Shown: positions 1 through 9,760, counted from the first letter of the stretch. The stretch: DNA of 64,000 nucleotides from an uncultured Chloroflexia bacterium (GCA_963774265.1 CAVZDU010000001.1:1312001-1376000); one strand, 5' to 3'. Notes: a model not told the origin generated them from the sequence alone. Numbers and translations are program-made.

Positions 1-377
1 CTGCGTTCACTTCCTTGGGCTTGCCGGGCCTGGCAGGCTTCTGGAGCGAGTTCTTCGTCTTTCGCGGCGCTTTCGCTATCGTGAGCGTCTGGGCGGCCGT
101 TGGTGTGATCGGCATCGTCCTGACCGCAGCCTACATCCTCTGGAAGATCGTGCAATATACCTTCCTGGGTGAGTATGACCCGCATAAGATTGCTCACTGG
201 ACCGATGTGGAGACGCGTGCGGAGCTGCACGAGCCCAAGGATCTCGCCATGTTTGAGAAGGTGACGTTGTGGCCGCTGACGATCTTCATGGTCCTGTTTG
301 GCCTGTTCCCGGCGCTGATCCTGGTGTTCTTCAATACGACCTTTGTCAATCTGATGACCGGGTTGGCCGGCAAGTGA
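1..377 (+). CDS. nuoM: NADH-quinone oxidoreductase subunit M, 3' part (truncated by window edge)
   Basis: FTSLGLPGLAGFWSEF motif typical of the NuoM C-terminus; lies directly upstream of nuoN. Confidence 0.9.
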   Translation, partial: AFTSLGLPGLAGFWSEFFVFRGAFAIVSVWAAVGVIGIVLTAAYILWKIVQYTFLGEYDPHKIAHWTDVETRAELHEPKDLAMFEKVTLWPLTIFMVLFGLFPALILVFFNTTFVNLMTGLAGK

Positions 378-402
378 TGATCCAGGGACGGGAGGCGGTC
401 CT

Positions 403-1896
403 TTGAAACTGACTGATCTTGTTTATCTTTTGCCCGAGGTGATTCTCCTGCTCGGCGCGGCGCTGGTGTTTTTGCTCGACATCCTGTGGTTGCGGCGAGC
501 CATGTCAGCGGACCGGCGTTTTTCGTGGTTGGCCGGTGTCGCGCTGATCGTCTTGCTCGTTGCTGCGCTCGGCCTGATCCCCTCCCAGGGCCAGACAGTC
601 ACGATCGCGACGATGCTGTCGGTAGACCCGTTTGCAGTCTTCTTCAAGGCGCTAGCCCTGATGGGCGTGGCTCTGGTGATCCTCATCGCCATGCCCTACC
701 TGAAGGGACGTACGGCGTTTGGCGGTGAGTTTTATGCGCTGCTGCTGATTGTCGCGCTGGCAATCTGCTTCGCGGTGTCTGCGAACAATCTGATCATGAT
801 CTACCTCAGCATGGAGTTTCTGAGTATCACCAGCTACGTGTTGGCCGGTTATTTAAGGCAGGACCGGAAATCGGGTGAGGCTGCCCTGAAGTACTTCCTG
901 TATGGCGCAACCGCGTCGGCGGTAATGCTCTACGGCATGTCCCTACTCTATGGGGCCACCGGCACGACGGATCTTGCACAACTCTCGACAGCGCTCGCCG
1001 CCCGCGGTCAGGGTGAACTGGTCTGGCTGGTGACCCCTGCCGTCCTGATGCTGATGGTCGGCTTCGGCTTTAAGGCCAGTCTCGTGCCATTCCACCAATG
1101 GGTGCCCGACACGTATGAGGGTGCGCCCACCCCGGTCACGGCGTTTTTGTCCACCGCGTCCAAGGCCACCGGTTTCGCGATTTTGATGCGGGTTTTGCTG
1201 ACCGCCCTGGGCAGCCGGCCCATCGCTGGGACCTGGATCACCCTGCTGGTTGCCCTCTCCGTCCTGACCATGACGCTGGGCAACCTGACGGCCCTGCGCC
1301 AAACGAACATCAAGCGCTTGTTGGCCTACTCCTCAATCGCGCAGGCGGGCTACATCCTGATCGGCGTCGCGGCCGTGTCGGCAGACCCCAGACTAACATT
1401 CAATGGCATCAACGGTGTACTGATCTATCTGCTCGCCTACCTGTTCACCAATGTGGGTGCGTTCGCAGTGGTGACTGCAATTGAGACGGCCACAGGTAAG
1501 GTGGAGTTGAAGGATTACACCGGGTTGATCCGACGCTCACCCTGGTTGGCCGCACTGCTGTTGATCTTCCTGTTGTCGCTGGCCGGCATTCCCCCCACAG
1601 GCGGATTCCTGGCGAAGTTCTTTGTCTTTGGCGCAGCCGTGTATCGGCAAATGTGGGTGTTGCTGGCTATCGCGGCGATCAATACGGTGGTGGCCGCGTT
1701 TTACTACTTGAATATCGTCCGGTACATGTTCCTGACCCCGCCTGAAGCGCAGGAAGAGCGTGTGTCTGTGTCGCCCGCGTTCGGCGCGGTGCTGGGCATC
1801 ACCGCATTGGTGACGTTACTGCTCGGCATCATCCCGGGTCCACTCATCGCATGGGCTTCTGATTCGGCGCGTATCCTGCTGGCGGCCTTGCGCTAG
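403..1896 (+). CDS. nuoN: NADH-quinone oxidoreductase subunit N
   Basis: EAALKYFLYG, GFKASLVPFHQWVPDTYEGAPTP, KRLLAYSSIAQAGY and SLAGIPPTGGF motifs; TTG start with GGGAGG RBS. Confidence 0.95.
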   Translation: MKLTDLVYLLPEVILLLGAALVFLLDILWLRRAMSADRRFSWLAGVALIVLLVAALGLIPSQGQTVTIATMLSVDPFAVFFKALALMGVALVILIAMPYLKGRTAFGGEFYALLLIVALAICFAVSANNLIMIYLSMEFLSITSYVLAGYLRQDRKSGEAALKYFLYGATASAVMLYGMSLLYGATGTTDLAQLSTALAARGQGELVWLVTPAVLMLMVGFGFKASLVPFHQWVPDTYEGAPTPVTAFLSTASKATGFAILMRVLLTALGSRPIAGTWITLLVALSVLTMTLGNLTALRQTNIKRLLAYSSIAQAGYILIGVAAVSADPRLTFNGINGVLIYLLAYLFTNVGAFAVVTAIETATGKVELKDYTGLIRRSPWLAALLLIFLLSLAGIPPTGGFLAKFFVFGAAVYRQMWVLLAIAAINTVVAAFYYLNIVRYMFLTPPEAQEERVSVSPAFGAVLGITALVTLLLGIIPGPLIAWASDSARILLAALR

Positions 1897-1913
1897 GGGG
1901 CGCAGCACGCGTA

Positions 1914-2444
1914 GTGAGTGAAGAGAAGCCACTCCGGCGCCGGCGAGTCCATCGAGAGAGTCGCGGTCGTCAGTTCCTGCGCAACTATCGATTCGATCTG
2001 CTCTGGCTGCTGCTTGTTGCGATTGGACTGTTCCTGCTCCTGGAGCGGAGCAATCTACGTGAATCCTTGACCACGTGGGCCAGGGAGGCGGCGCACAAGC
2101 TGCTCCAACGTGCGACGGCGCTCGACGAACAGATCAGTGCGTTCCTCGCCCAGGTGTCCATCTCCCACCTGGTCGGTCTTGTGCTCGTCGTGATCGCTGT
2201 GGTCGCGTTTCTCTTGCGAGTTCGATGGCGGCTTTTGAACGCGCCCGAACTGACGCAGCTTCGGTGTCCACATTGCGGCGGAGGCCTTCACCGCGTCCAT
2301 CGCACCGCGACCGACCGGCTCATCGGGTTGTTTGTGCCGGTTCGTCGATATTGCTGCCGGGCCGACGCATGTGGTTGGAAGGGACTGCGCGTCGGTCGCG
2401 GCCACGTCATTTCCGAGAGTAAGGGTCTTCGTTCTGCGGTGTAA
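1914..2444 (+). CDS. hypothetical membrane protein with C-terminal zinc-ribbon-like motif
   Basis: Two hydrophobic segments followed by CPHC...RYCC-x4-CGW; tightly spaced between nuoN and murE. Confidence 0.7.
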   Translation: MSEEKPLRRRRVHRESRGRQFLRNYRFDLLWLLLVAIGLFLLLERSNLRESLTTWAREAAHKLLQRATALDEQISAFLAQVSISHLVGLVLVVIAVVAFLLRVRWRLLNAPELTQLRCPHCGGGLHRVHRTATDRLIGLFVPVRRYCCRADACGWKGLRVGRGHVISESKGLRSAV

Positions 2445-2458
2445 GGTCCGATGTATCT

Positions 2459-4093
2459 ATGCGTCTGGTTCAACTGATTGAGGCTCTGCCAGGGATCATC
2501 TCCCTGACCGGCGATCCCGACACCGACATCTCACACATCAGCTCCGACTCGCGCCAGGTCACGCCTGGCGCTCTTTTTGTTGCGTACCGCGGTGTAGGTG
2601 TTGATGGTCATCGCTATATTGCTGATGCGGTTCGCCGAGGCGCGGCTGCCGTGGTTTGCGAGAAACCGACCGCGAATCCAGGAGTGCCGACTGTGCGGGT
2701 CACCGACGGCCGCAGCGCCCTAGCGTGGCTGCATGCAGCCTGGTATGGTCACCCAAGCCGGAGTATGACCGTTATCGGCGTTACTGGCACAGACGGGAAG
2801 ACGACCACGTGCAACCTGATTTACAGTATCCTCAAAGCTGCCGGAATTCGTGCAGGCATGATCAGCACGGTGAACGCGGTCATTGGCGATGAGATCTATG
2901 AGACTGGCCTTCACACCACGACCCCGGATTCAGCCGACGTCCAGCGGTTGCTGGCTCAGATGCGGGACGCAGGGACGGAGATCGCAGTCCTTGAGACGAC
3001 ATCGCATGGCCTTGCTCAGCACCGCGTCACCGGCACCGCCTTTGACGTGGCCGTGGTCACCAATATCACACACGAACACCTGGATTTTCACGGCAGCTAT
3101 GAAGCCTATCGTGATGCGAAGGCAATGCTTTTTCGTTCGCTTGTGGAGATTCAGAACGTAGGGGTGAAGTCGCCTCGCCCCTATGAGGCGCCTAAGACCT
3201 CTGTCTTGAACTACGATGATAGCTCGTTTGCGTTCCTGGCCGCGATTCCTGCAGACCGATGCATCGTCTACAGTGAAGAGCAACAGCAGCTGAGGCCGGC
3301 TGACCTGGAGTGCCTTGTCGCAACCGGCCCGAAAGTGCTGTTGCGGGCTGCGCACGTTGAGCAGGCCCCTTCGGGTATGTCATTCGAGGTGCAGATGCTC
3401 GAGAACGATGCCCTGCTTGAGTCGCTGCACGTCACAACGCGCCTTGTGGGTCGTTTCAATGTGTCGAACGTCCTGGCAGCCGCTGGCGCAGCGCTGGCGC
3501 TCAAGATCACTCCATCCCTTATCGCGGAGGGTATAGCCGCGCTTGACGGCGTGGTCGGCCGTATGGAACGTATCGATCGTGGGCAACCTTTCACTGCGAT
3601 TGTGGATTTCGCTCATACACCTAACGCGCTCGCATCGGCGCTCACCACTGCTCGTGACCTCGTGGAAGAGGGACGGCGGGTCATTGTCGTTTTCGGCAGC
3701 GCCGGTTTGCGTGATCGCGAGAAGCGCAGATTGATGGGCCATGTCTCCGCTCAGCTCGCTGACACCGTGGTGATCACCGCCGAAGACCCACGCTCGGAGG
3801 ACCTTGCAGCGATCATGGCCGAGACCGCCGAGGCAATGGTTGCCCGCGGCCGCATTGAAGGCCGCGATTTTGTCCGGATCGCAGATCGGCAACGTGCGAT
3901 CCTCCACGCGGTCTGCAACGCAACGCCTGGGGACATCGTATTGGTGTGTGGCAAGGGCCATGAGCAGTCGATGTGTTTTGGTGCAGTTGAGCACCCCTGG
4001 CGCGACCAGGACGCGTTGGCCTGGGCGCTAGATCGGTGCATACGGCGGGCGAACGTTCCACCTCCCTTTCAACTACCGACTTGGGAGGAGTGA
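2459..4093 (+). CDS. murE: UDP-N-acetylmuramoyl-L-alanyl-D-glutamate--amino acid ligase MurE
   Basis: DSRQV, GVTGTDGKTTT, TTPD, ETTSHGLAQHRV, HEHLDFH, VDFAHTP and GKGHE motifs. Confidence 0.93.
   Translation: MRLVQLIEALPGIISLTGDPDTDISHISSDSRQVTPGALFVAYRGVGVDGHRYIADAVRRGAAAVVCEKPTANPGVPTVRVTDGRSALAWLHAAWYGHPSRSMTVIGVTGTDGKTTTCNLIYSILKAAGIRAGMISTVNAVIGDEIYETGLHTTTPDSADVQRLLAQMRDAGTEIAVLETTSHGLAQHRVTGTAFDVAVVTNITHEHLDFHGSYEAYRDAKAMLFRSLVEIQNVGVKSPRPYEAPKTSVLNYDDSSFAFLAAIPADRCIVYSEEQQQLRPADLECLVATGPKVLLRAAHVEQAPSGMSFEVQMLENDALLESLHVTTRLVGRFNVSNVLAAAGAALALKITPSLIAEGIAALDGVVGRMERIDRGQPFTAIVDFAHTPNALASALTTARDLVEEGRRVIVVFGSAGLRDREKRRLMGHVSAQLADTVVITAEDPRSEDLAAIMAETAEAMVARGRIEGRDFVRIADRQRAILHAVCNATPGDIVLVCGKGHEQSMCFGAVEHPWRDQDALAWALDRCIRRANVPPPFQLPTWEE
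3158..3184. repeat. GTAG-type REP-like palindrome inside murE, read in frame
   Basis: gtaggggtgaagtcgcctcgcccctat: GTAG head plus an imperfect inverted repeat; translates as VGVKSPRPY. Confidence 0.6.
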
Positions 4094-4120
4094 CGGTGCC
4101 GCCAGTGACGGCCTGTAATT

Positions 4121-5422
4121 CAGGGTGATTTCATAGTGCGGGTGCGCCGAATAAATGCAGGGCGCGTTGCGGATGGGCTGCGTAGCAACGGGTGGCGGCG
4201 GCGAGATTGCTCCAACCGTGGAAGCGCAGGGTGGAGATGACGGCATTGCGAATGGCCGCCAGGGCTTGGGCTGCGGCGCCGGTATGCACTTGACAGCGAT
4301 CTTCACCGAAGGTCCCGTCCCGCACGTAGTGCAGGCGATTCTCGATGGTCCAGTGGCCGCGCCAGACCTGCTCCAACTGGTCCGGACCCGCCCAGGCGGC
4401 CGGCAAACTGGTCAACCCATAAGTGACCTCGGTTTCGTATTTGCCGGTGCGCTCGTGAATGCGGCGGCAAGTGCGCCGCAGCACTTGGGCTACGCCTGGC
4501 CAAGTCAGATATGCATTCAGGGCCGTGGTCGTGACCAGTGTCCGCCGCTCCCAGCGCCCATGCGCCTTGTCGGTCGTACGGTGGGACGCGCACTCGCCCG
4601 ATTGGCGCGGCAGCGGTGGTTCGTCAAAGACCAACTGGGCGGCCCAGTAGAGCGTCGGCTGATTCTTCTTGAGGATCATCAGGTAGTGGCCCCCCTGATC
4701 CAGGATTTGTTGGGCGAGGTGGCGCTGCGTCAGCAGGGCATCCATCGTGGTGATGGTGCCGGTCAGATCGCGACCGGCCAACAAGATCGGAACGGCCGTG
4801 ATCTCATTGGTTTTGACATCCACGGCCGCTTGGCCCAGGACATAGGCGCTCTCATGGCGCACGAGACTGACCAGAAAGGTATGCTGCCCGTGGGCGCTGG
4901 CCCCGCGCACATCCTTGCCGTCGACCGCCTGGGCGCGCAGCACCTGACCCTGGCGGAGCCGAATGGCGCCGCAGGTGACATCCGCCTGATCGAGCGCCTG
5001 ATGGTACGCCGCCACTTGCTGCTCCAGGCTGTACATGTCGATGTGGGCCACCAACCGCCGCCAGGTCGCCGCACTGGGCAGGCGGGGACAGGCCGGCTGC
5101 AGGGTGGTCAACAGCTCGCTGCGCTGGTCACGCGCCCAACCGACCATCGCCAGCACGCTCGTTTGGCCGGCTGCCATTGCCGCCGCCAGCAACGCCAACA
5201 GATACGTCCAGGCAAAGCGGCGGCCGCGGGTACAGCGAAAGTCAGGAACTTGGCTCAGGTAGGCCAGCAAGGTAGACTGCAGTGGATCCATCGGGACGAA
5301 CCTCCTTGTGATTGCTGTCACTGAGATTCTAACCGATGGATCCTTGCCTGGCCCACGTGTGGATGCCGAATTGCCACAAGCGCTGCTACCTGCCGCCTCG
5401 GCCGCAACATGACTTCGCCCTG
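4121..5422 (-). mobile_element. ISAs1-family insertion sequence, apparently complete (1302 bp)
   Basis: Terminal IRs cagggtgatttcatagtgcgg (4121-4141) and, as reverse complement, cagggcgaagtcatgttgcgg (5402-5422), 16/21 identical; direct repeat cctgtaatt at 4112-4120 and 5423-5431. Confidence 0.93.
4131..5291 (-). CDS. ISAs1-family DDE transposase
   Basis: VPDFR N-terminus; AVDGK, KTNEI, TMDAL and HWTIENRLHYVRD-x-TFGED motifs; ATG at 5291 preceded by AAGGAGG. Confidence 0.93.
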   Translation of the reverse strand: MDPLQSTLLAYLSQVPDFRCTRGRRFAWTYLLALLAAAMAAGQTSVLAMVGWARDQRSELLTTLQPACPRLPSAATWRRLVAHIDMYSLEQQVAAYHQALDQADVTCGAIRLRQGQVLRAQAVDGKDVRGASAHGQHTFLVSLVRHESAYVLGQAAVDVKTNEITAVPILLAGRDLTGTITTMDALLTQRHLAQQILDQGGHYLMILKKNQPTLYWAAQLVFDEPPLPRQSGECASHRTTDKAHGRWERRTLVTTTALNAYLTWPGVAQVLRRTCRRIHERTGKYETEVTYGLTSLPAAWAGPDQLEQVWRGHWTIENRLHYVRDGTFGEDRCQVHTGAAAQALAAIRNAVISTLRFHGWSNLAAATRCYAAHPQRALHLFGAPAL

Positions 5423-5430
5423 CCTGTAAT

Positions 5431-5458
5431 TTGACACACCTTCTGCAAAGAGTAGAAT
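5431..5458 (+). promoter_or_regulatory. sigma70-type promoter for the corA leader
   Basis: TTGACA-16 nt-TAGAAT. Confidence 0.65.
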
Positions 5459-5464
5459 ATTCTA

Positions 5465-5843
5465 ACATCGTGTGACTGCCAACCAATGAAGCGGTGTAAC
5501 GAGTGAACTGGGAGATTTCGCTCCCAAGGATGCATCAAACAAGGTCATGGATAACGATACAACACCTGGTAGTAGTACCAACAGCGCTGACGGCGATAGT
5601 TCGACCGGCAGCAAACCTGAACATAGGGACCGGCCTGTTCCCGGCCACCTCGCAGTGACCCCACACCGGGCGTAATCGCCTCCGTTGGGCCTCCGCTGTG
5701 CGGTGGCCGACGAGTTTCAGGCTCTCCCTGCTAATCGACTAAAACCAAACAAATCCGGTCGCCGTGCCCTTGCATGACACCGGCTAACGCGCGTGTCTTG
5801 ATCGCGCCTTAGCCGTTCGCGGCAGGGACCGACAGGAGGAACC
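5465..5843 (+). promoter_or_regulatory. long structured 5' leader of corA (candidate cis-regulatory RNA or attenuator)
   Basis: About 380 nt non-coding; helices cggccacc/ggtggccg, cctgaa/ttcagg, cggctaa/ttagccg, and cggtc/gaccg abutting the AGGAGG RBS. Confidence 0.5.
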
Positions 5844-6773
5844 ATGATCACGATCTACAAGACCGGGGAACAGGGCCTGGAGGTCCTCGAAGAAATCACC
5901 AAGGGCTGCTGGATTAGTGTTATTGATCCGACGCCTGAGGAGCTGGCTCGGTTGCGCGAATTAAGCGTGCCCTCCGAATTCATCACCTACCCGCTGGACC
6001 TGGATGAGCGGCCCCGCGTCGAACGCGAGGATGGTGAGACCATGATCCTGCTGCGTGCACCCTTCTATTCAGGCCCGAATACAGATGTGCCATTCACGAC
6101 CATCCCGATGGGGATTGTGATGGATGGACAATGGATCATGACCGTTTGCCGGCACGATAACGACTTGCTGCGCGAGTTGGCTGCGGGGAAGATCCGGGGG
6201 TTATCCACCGCCAAACGCAATCGGTTTATCCTTCAGGTGCTCCTTGCGGCGGCAAGCAAGTACTTGCTTTATCTTCGTGAGATCAATCGCACTGTCGATA
6301 ACCTGGAGGATCAACTCCAGATGTCGATGCAAAACCGCGAGTTATTGGGGTTGCTGAAATATCAGAAGAGCCTGGTGTATTTTACTACGGCGCTGAAGGC
6401 CAACGAGCTCATGATGGAGCGCCTGCATCGGTCGGGCTTCTTTCGCACCTACCCGGATGACGAAGACTTGCTCGAGGACGTTCTGACGGAAAACCAGCAG
6501 GCCATCGAAATGACGAACATCGCCAGCAACATTCTCAGTTCGATGATGGATGCCTTCGCTTCGATTATTTCGAACAACGTGAATGCGGTCATGAAGTTCC
6601 TGGCTGCCGCAACCATCGTGGTTGCCCTGCCGACGCTCATCGCGAGCCTTTTCGGCATGAACGTACCGCTGCCGTTTCAGGACCACCCGTTAGGATTTGT
6701 GTTTGTGCTCGTTGCGGCAGTGGGGGTGTCCGCGATCGTAACCCGGCTGTTCGTGAAGCGAGGCTGGTTCTGA
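5844..6773 (+). CDS. corA: CorA-family magnesium transporter
   Basis: FGMNV signature; LDLDERPRVE; two C-terminal TM helices; KRGWF end. Confidence 0.9.
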   Translation: MITIYKTGEQGLEVLEEITKGCWISVIDPTPEELARLRELSVPSEFITYPLDLDERPRVEREDGETMILLRAPFYSGPNTDVPFTTIPMGIVMDGQWIMTVCRHDNDLLRELAAGKIRGLSTAKRNRFILQVLLAAASKYLLYLREINRTVDNLEDQLQMSMQNRELLGLLKYQKSLVYFTTALKANELMMERLHRSGFFRTYPDDEDLLEDVLTENQQAIEMTNIASNILSSMMDAFASIISNNVNAVMKFLAAATIVVALPTLIASLFGMNVPLPFQDHPLGFVFVLVAAVGVSAIVTRLFVKRGWF

Positions 6774-6792
6774 TAAGAGTGTGGCGCTGAGA

Positions 6793-8147
6793 TCAGTCGT
6801 TTAGCGCATCGAGCGCCTTGTCGAGTGCTGCCAACCGTTGGCTGACCAATTCCAGGCCCAGTTGCGCTGCTTGCCGCACTTCCTGTCGAGGATGGCCCAG
6901 ATGGGTGCGGTAAGCCTCTTCGGCTCGTTCGGTGAGGCGCCGCCACGTCTTCAGTGTTGCCAAATCTGCTGACGTCCAGTCATCCTCGGTCTGGAGGCTG
7001 GCCTGTAAAGAGGCCGTCAGTGCGGCAAGCCTTTCGCGTTGCACGAGCGGATCGAGCGCGCCACCGGCGCGCACTCGTGGCGGCACTACGAAAATGATCC
7101 CGTCGGCTGCATGGGTGTATAACACCGGCGCGGCCCAACTGCGGTCGCCCGGGTGCAGGACTGATAGCATGCTTCGTGCGTAAGCTACCGCCACGTCTAC
7201 TTGTCCCGCGCCATCGCCAACGCACAGCCGTTTGTAGAACTCCCGCGCGAAGATCGCTGCAGCTTTGTCGGCTATCACAAACTGCATTGCGACCACGGCC
7301 GGTACGCCGTAACGCACCAACTGCGGTGCAAGGCCGGTGAACGCCCGGCCGTCATCCGTCTGCCCGCTCTCGCACACGTTGAGCAGCGCAAGCTTGATTG
7401 AACGGTAGTTGACCGCCAAACGCGCCAATGCGTCGCCATCAATCCAGTCGGGCGCGCCGCCCGGCTCGTTCAGCCCCAGGTAGCCTCGGCCATCGATAAA
7501 GCCGCCATGGCCTCCAAAATGGACGATGTGGTAGTTGCCCACGAGGAGGGCGTCGGCCAGGTCGGCTCGCGTCACGGCGCCGTCAAGCGTGCGCACCCGG
7601 AGTGCGCCGTCGGTCGCCCCAGCCACCTGCTCCACGTTGCGTCTTTCCTGCGCCAGATCCAAATCAGGCGTTGCAGGGAGCACTAGCAGCAGTTCGATGG
7701 GGAGCTCAGCGCCCTGTTCGGCAAGGCTGCCAAAGCGATCAGCCTGGTCGAAGTAGCGCACCAACGGAGTGGACGGGGAGGTGGCGAAGGTGTAGTTCCG
7801 CTCTGGGTCGTGAAGCAGTTCCCACGGCCAGGCGGCGATTTCTGGTGCGTCGATGGTCAGCCGGATGCGCAGCCCCATGGCTGCGCGCTCCGCGCGATCC
7901 CACGCCACACGCAGATGGGCGCGTATTGGGGCAGGAAAGACCCAGTCAAACAGGAGGGTGCCCGCCTTGGTGAGAATCTCCGGCGGCGCAGGTGTGGGCG
8001 CCACGGTCGCGCACGAGCGGCTGTGAGAGCCACAGGCGGTGGGGGCAGGACAGCCGAGGTGCGGCCAATGCCTGCTGCCAACGCTGTCAGCGCATATCCG
8101 CCCGGCTGCCGCTCTCCGATGTTGAGGGTGAAGTCCTCGTAGCGCAC
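6793..8147 (-). pseudogene. CHAT-domain (caspase-like) protein, split by a frameshift near 8005-8020
   Basis: N-terminus MRYEDFTLNI (8147, AGGA RBS) is in a different frame from the body carrying WPWELL, VHFGGHG, LNVCESG and PAVVAMQF; may be an assembly indel. Confidence 0.7.
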
Positions 8148-8168
8148 CGCCCTATTCCTCTCCTCGCA

Positions 8169-8939
8169 TCAGGCGAGTAGTTCGTAGCCGCCGTCCATAA
8201 TGATCGTCTGGCCTACGATCATCTTTGCATCGTCAGTACACAGCCAAGCGACGAGCTTCGCCACCTCTTCCGGCGTCACGAGCCGGCCCGCGGGCGTGCG
8301 CCGCAATCCTTCCGACACGATTGCATCCTTGCTCGGGAAGAAGTTGAGCGCCTCAGTTTCGACCACGCCAGGACTGACCGCGTTGCATACGATCCCGTGC
8401 GGTGCGAGTTCAACGGCGAGATAACGGATCAGCGCTTCGATGGCGGCCTTGCTTACACCCACCACGCTGTACTCGGGAAGCACGCGGCGCGAGCCGAAGC
8501 TGCTGATGCCGATGACTCGTCCCCAGCCACGCTGTTTCATGTAGGGCGCGGCGGCCTGCACGCCGAACAGTATTGAGCGGGCGTTGATATTGACGGTCCA
8601 CTCCCAGCCTTTGAGTTGTTGGTCGACCGCGGGTTTCAGCACGCCCGACGCTGCGTTTCCGACGAAAATATCGACTCCGCCGAACGCCTCGGCGGCTGTT
8701 TCAACCAACCGCTTCACGCCCTCGACCTCGCCGACGTGCGCCTTCACCACAATGGCCCGTGCGCCGGCTCGTTCGATTTCTGCCGCGGTGCGATCGGCCT
8801 GCTCTTTGTGGCGGAAGTAGTTTACCGCCACATTGATGCCATGCTCAGCCAGCTGCAGCGCGATGGCCCGGCCGATCCCTCGACCACTGCCGGTGATAAC
8901 TGCCGTCTTTCCTCGCAGGAAGTCGTAGGGCGTCATCAA
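8169..8939 (-). CDS. fabL: FabL-like enoyl-ACP reductase (SDR)
   Basis: [18 protein letters not shown]-x6-K (YSVVGVSK), [15 protein letters not shown]. Confidence 0.75.
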   Translation of the reverse strand: MMTPYDFLRGKTAVITGSGRGIGRAIALQLAEHGINVAVNYFRHKEQADRTAAEIERAGARAIVVKAHVGEVEGVKRLVETAAEAFGGVDIFVGNAASGVLKPAVDQQLKGWEWTVNINARSILFGVQAAAPYMKQRGWGRVIGISSFGSRRVLPEYSVVGVSKAAIEALIRYLAVELAPHGIVCNAVSPGVVETEALNFFPSKDAIVSEGLRRTPAGRLVTPEEVAKLVAWLCTDDAKMIVGQTIIMDGGYELLA

Positions 8940-9760
8940 CCGACGACGTCCTCTCCGCCGTCCACGAAGATCACCGAACCGCTGACGAACTTCACTTCGG
9001 GATGGCTGAGCGCAACGATTGTCGCAGCCACATCTTGTGGCGTGGTCATTCGGCCGCTGGGGTTGCGACGCAGCGTGGTCTCGATCATCTTGTCGTTGCC
9101 GGGGATCTTGCGCAGCGCAGGTGTATCGGTCACGCCGGCCTGGATGCAGTTGACCAGGATGCCGCGTGGGCCCAACTCCATGGCCAGCTGTCGGGTGTGC
9201 GATTCGAGTGAGGCCTTGGCCGCGGACACAGCGCCATAATTAGGTACGACGCGGTGGCTGCCTTCACTGGTCATGCCGAAAATGCGACTGCCGCGTCCGA
9301 GCAACCCGCGTGCCACCATGTCTTGGGTCCAATAGACCAGGCTGTGCGCCATTACGTTGAGGGTCATGTCCATCTGTGCCGGCTCAATCGCGTCTCCTGC
9401 TGCTCCGGGCGAACCGTCCGCGGCCAGCGGCGGGATGAGCGGCTTGAGCGTCCCGAAGGCTAGCGAGTGCATGAGAACGTGTACTGTTTCGCCTGGCCCG
9501 AGCGCCTGCGCCAGCCCATCAAGCACCTTGCCGCGTCGATCCGGGTCGGCCGCGTTGGTGTTGAAGAAGAGGGCCTTGACGCCCTGCGCTTCGATGTCGG
9601 CGATCACCTCCTTGGCGTGGGGAAGGGTTGTGCGCAGGTCCAGATGCACGCCGGCGATGTTCATGCCTGCGGCCGCAAGCGCCTTGCCCGCCGCTGCGCC
9701 GAACCCGCTGGATGCGCCCAAGATCAGGGCCCACCGGCCCAGTAGAGGTCGTTCGGTCAT
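8936..9760 (-). CDS. SDR oxidoreductase, FabL/FabI-like enoyl reductase paralog
   Basis: [15 protein letters not shown]-x6-K (YGAVSAAK), AGVTDTPAL; ATGA overlap with the downstream gene. Confidence 0.8.
   Translation of the reverse strand: MTERPLLGRWALILGASSGFGAAAGKALAAAGMNIAGVHLDLRTTLPHAKEVIADIEAQGVKALFFNTNAADPDRRGKVLDGLAQALGPGETVHVLMHSLAFGTLKPLIPPLAADGSPGAAGDAIEPAQMDMTLNVMAHSLVYWTQDMVARGLLGRGSRIFGMTSEGSHRVVPNYGAVSAAKASLESHTRQLAMELGPRGILVNCIQAGVTDTPALRKIPGNDKMIETTLRRNPSGRMTTPQDVAATIVALSHPEVKFVSGSVIFVDGGEDVVG

Noticed and set aside
4155-5324. 389-aa ORF antisense to the transposase
   Set aside because: Shadow ORF expected from GC-rich codon bias; no recognisable motifs
5465-5843. Assignment as M-box, NiCo, T-box or 6S RNA
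   Set aside because: Conserved signature sequences were not found by eye; left as an unassigned leader
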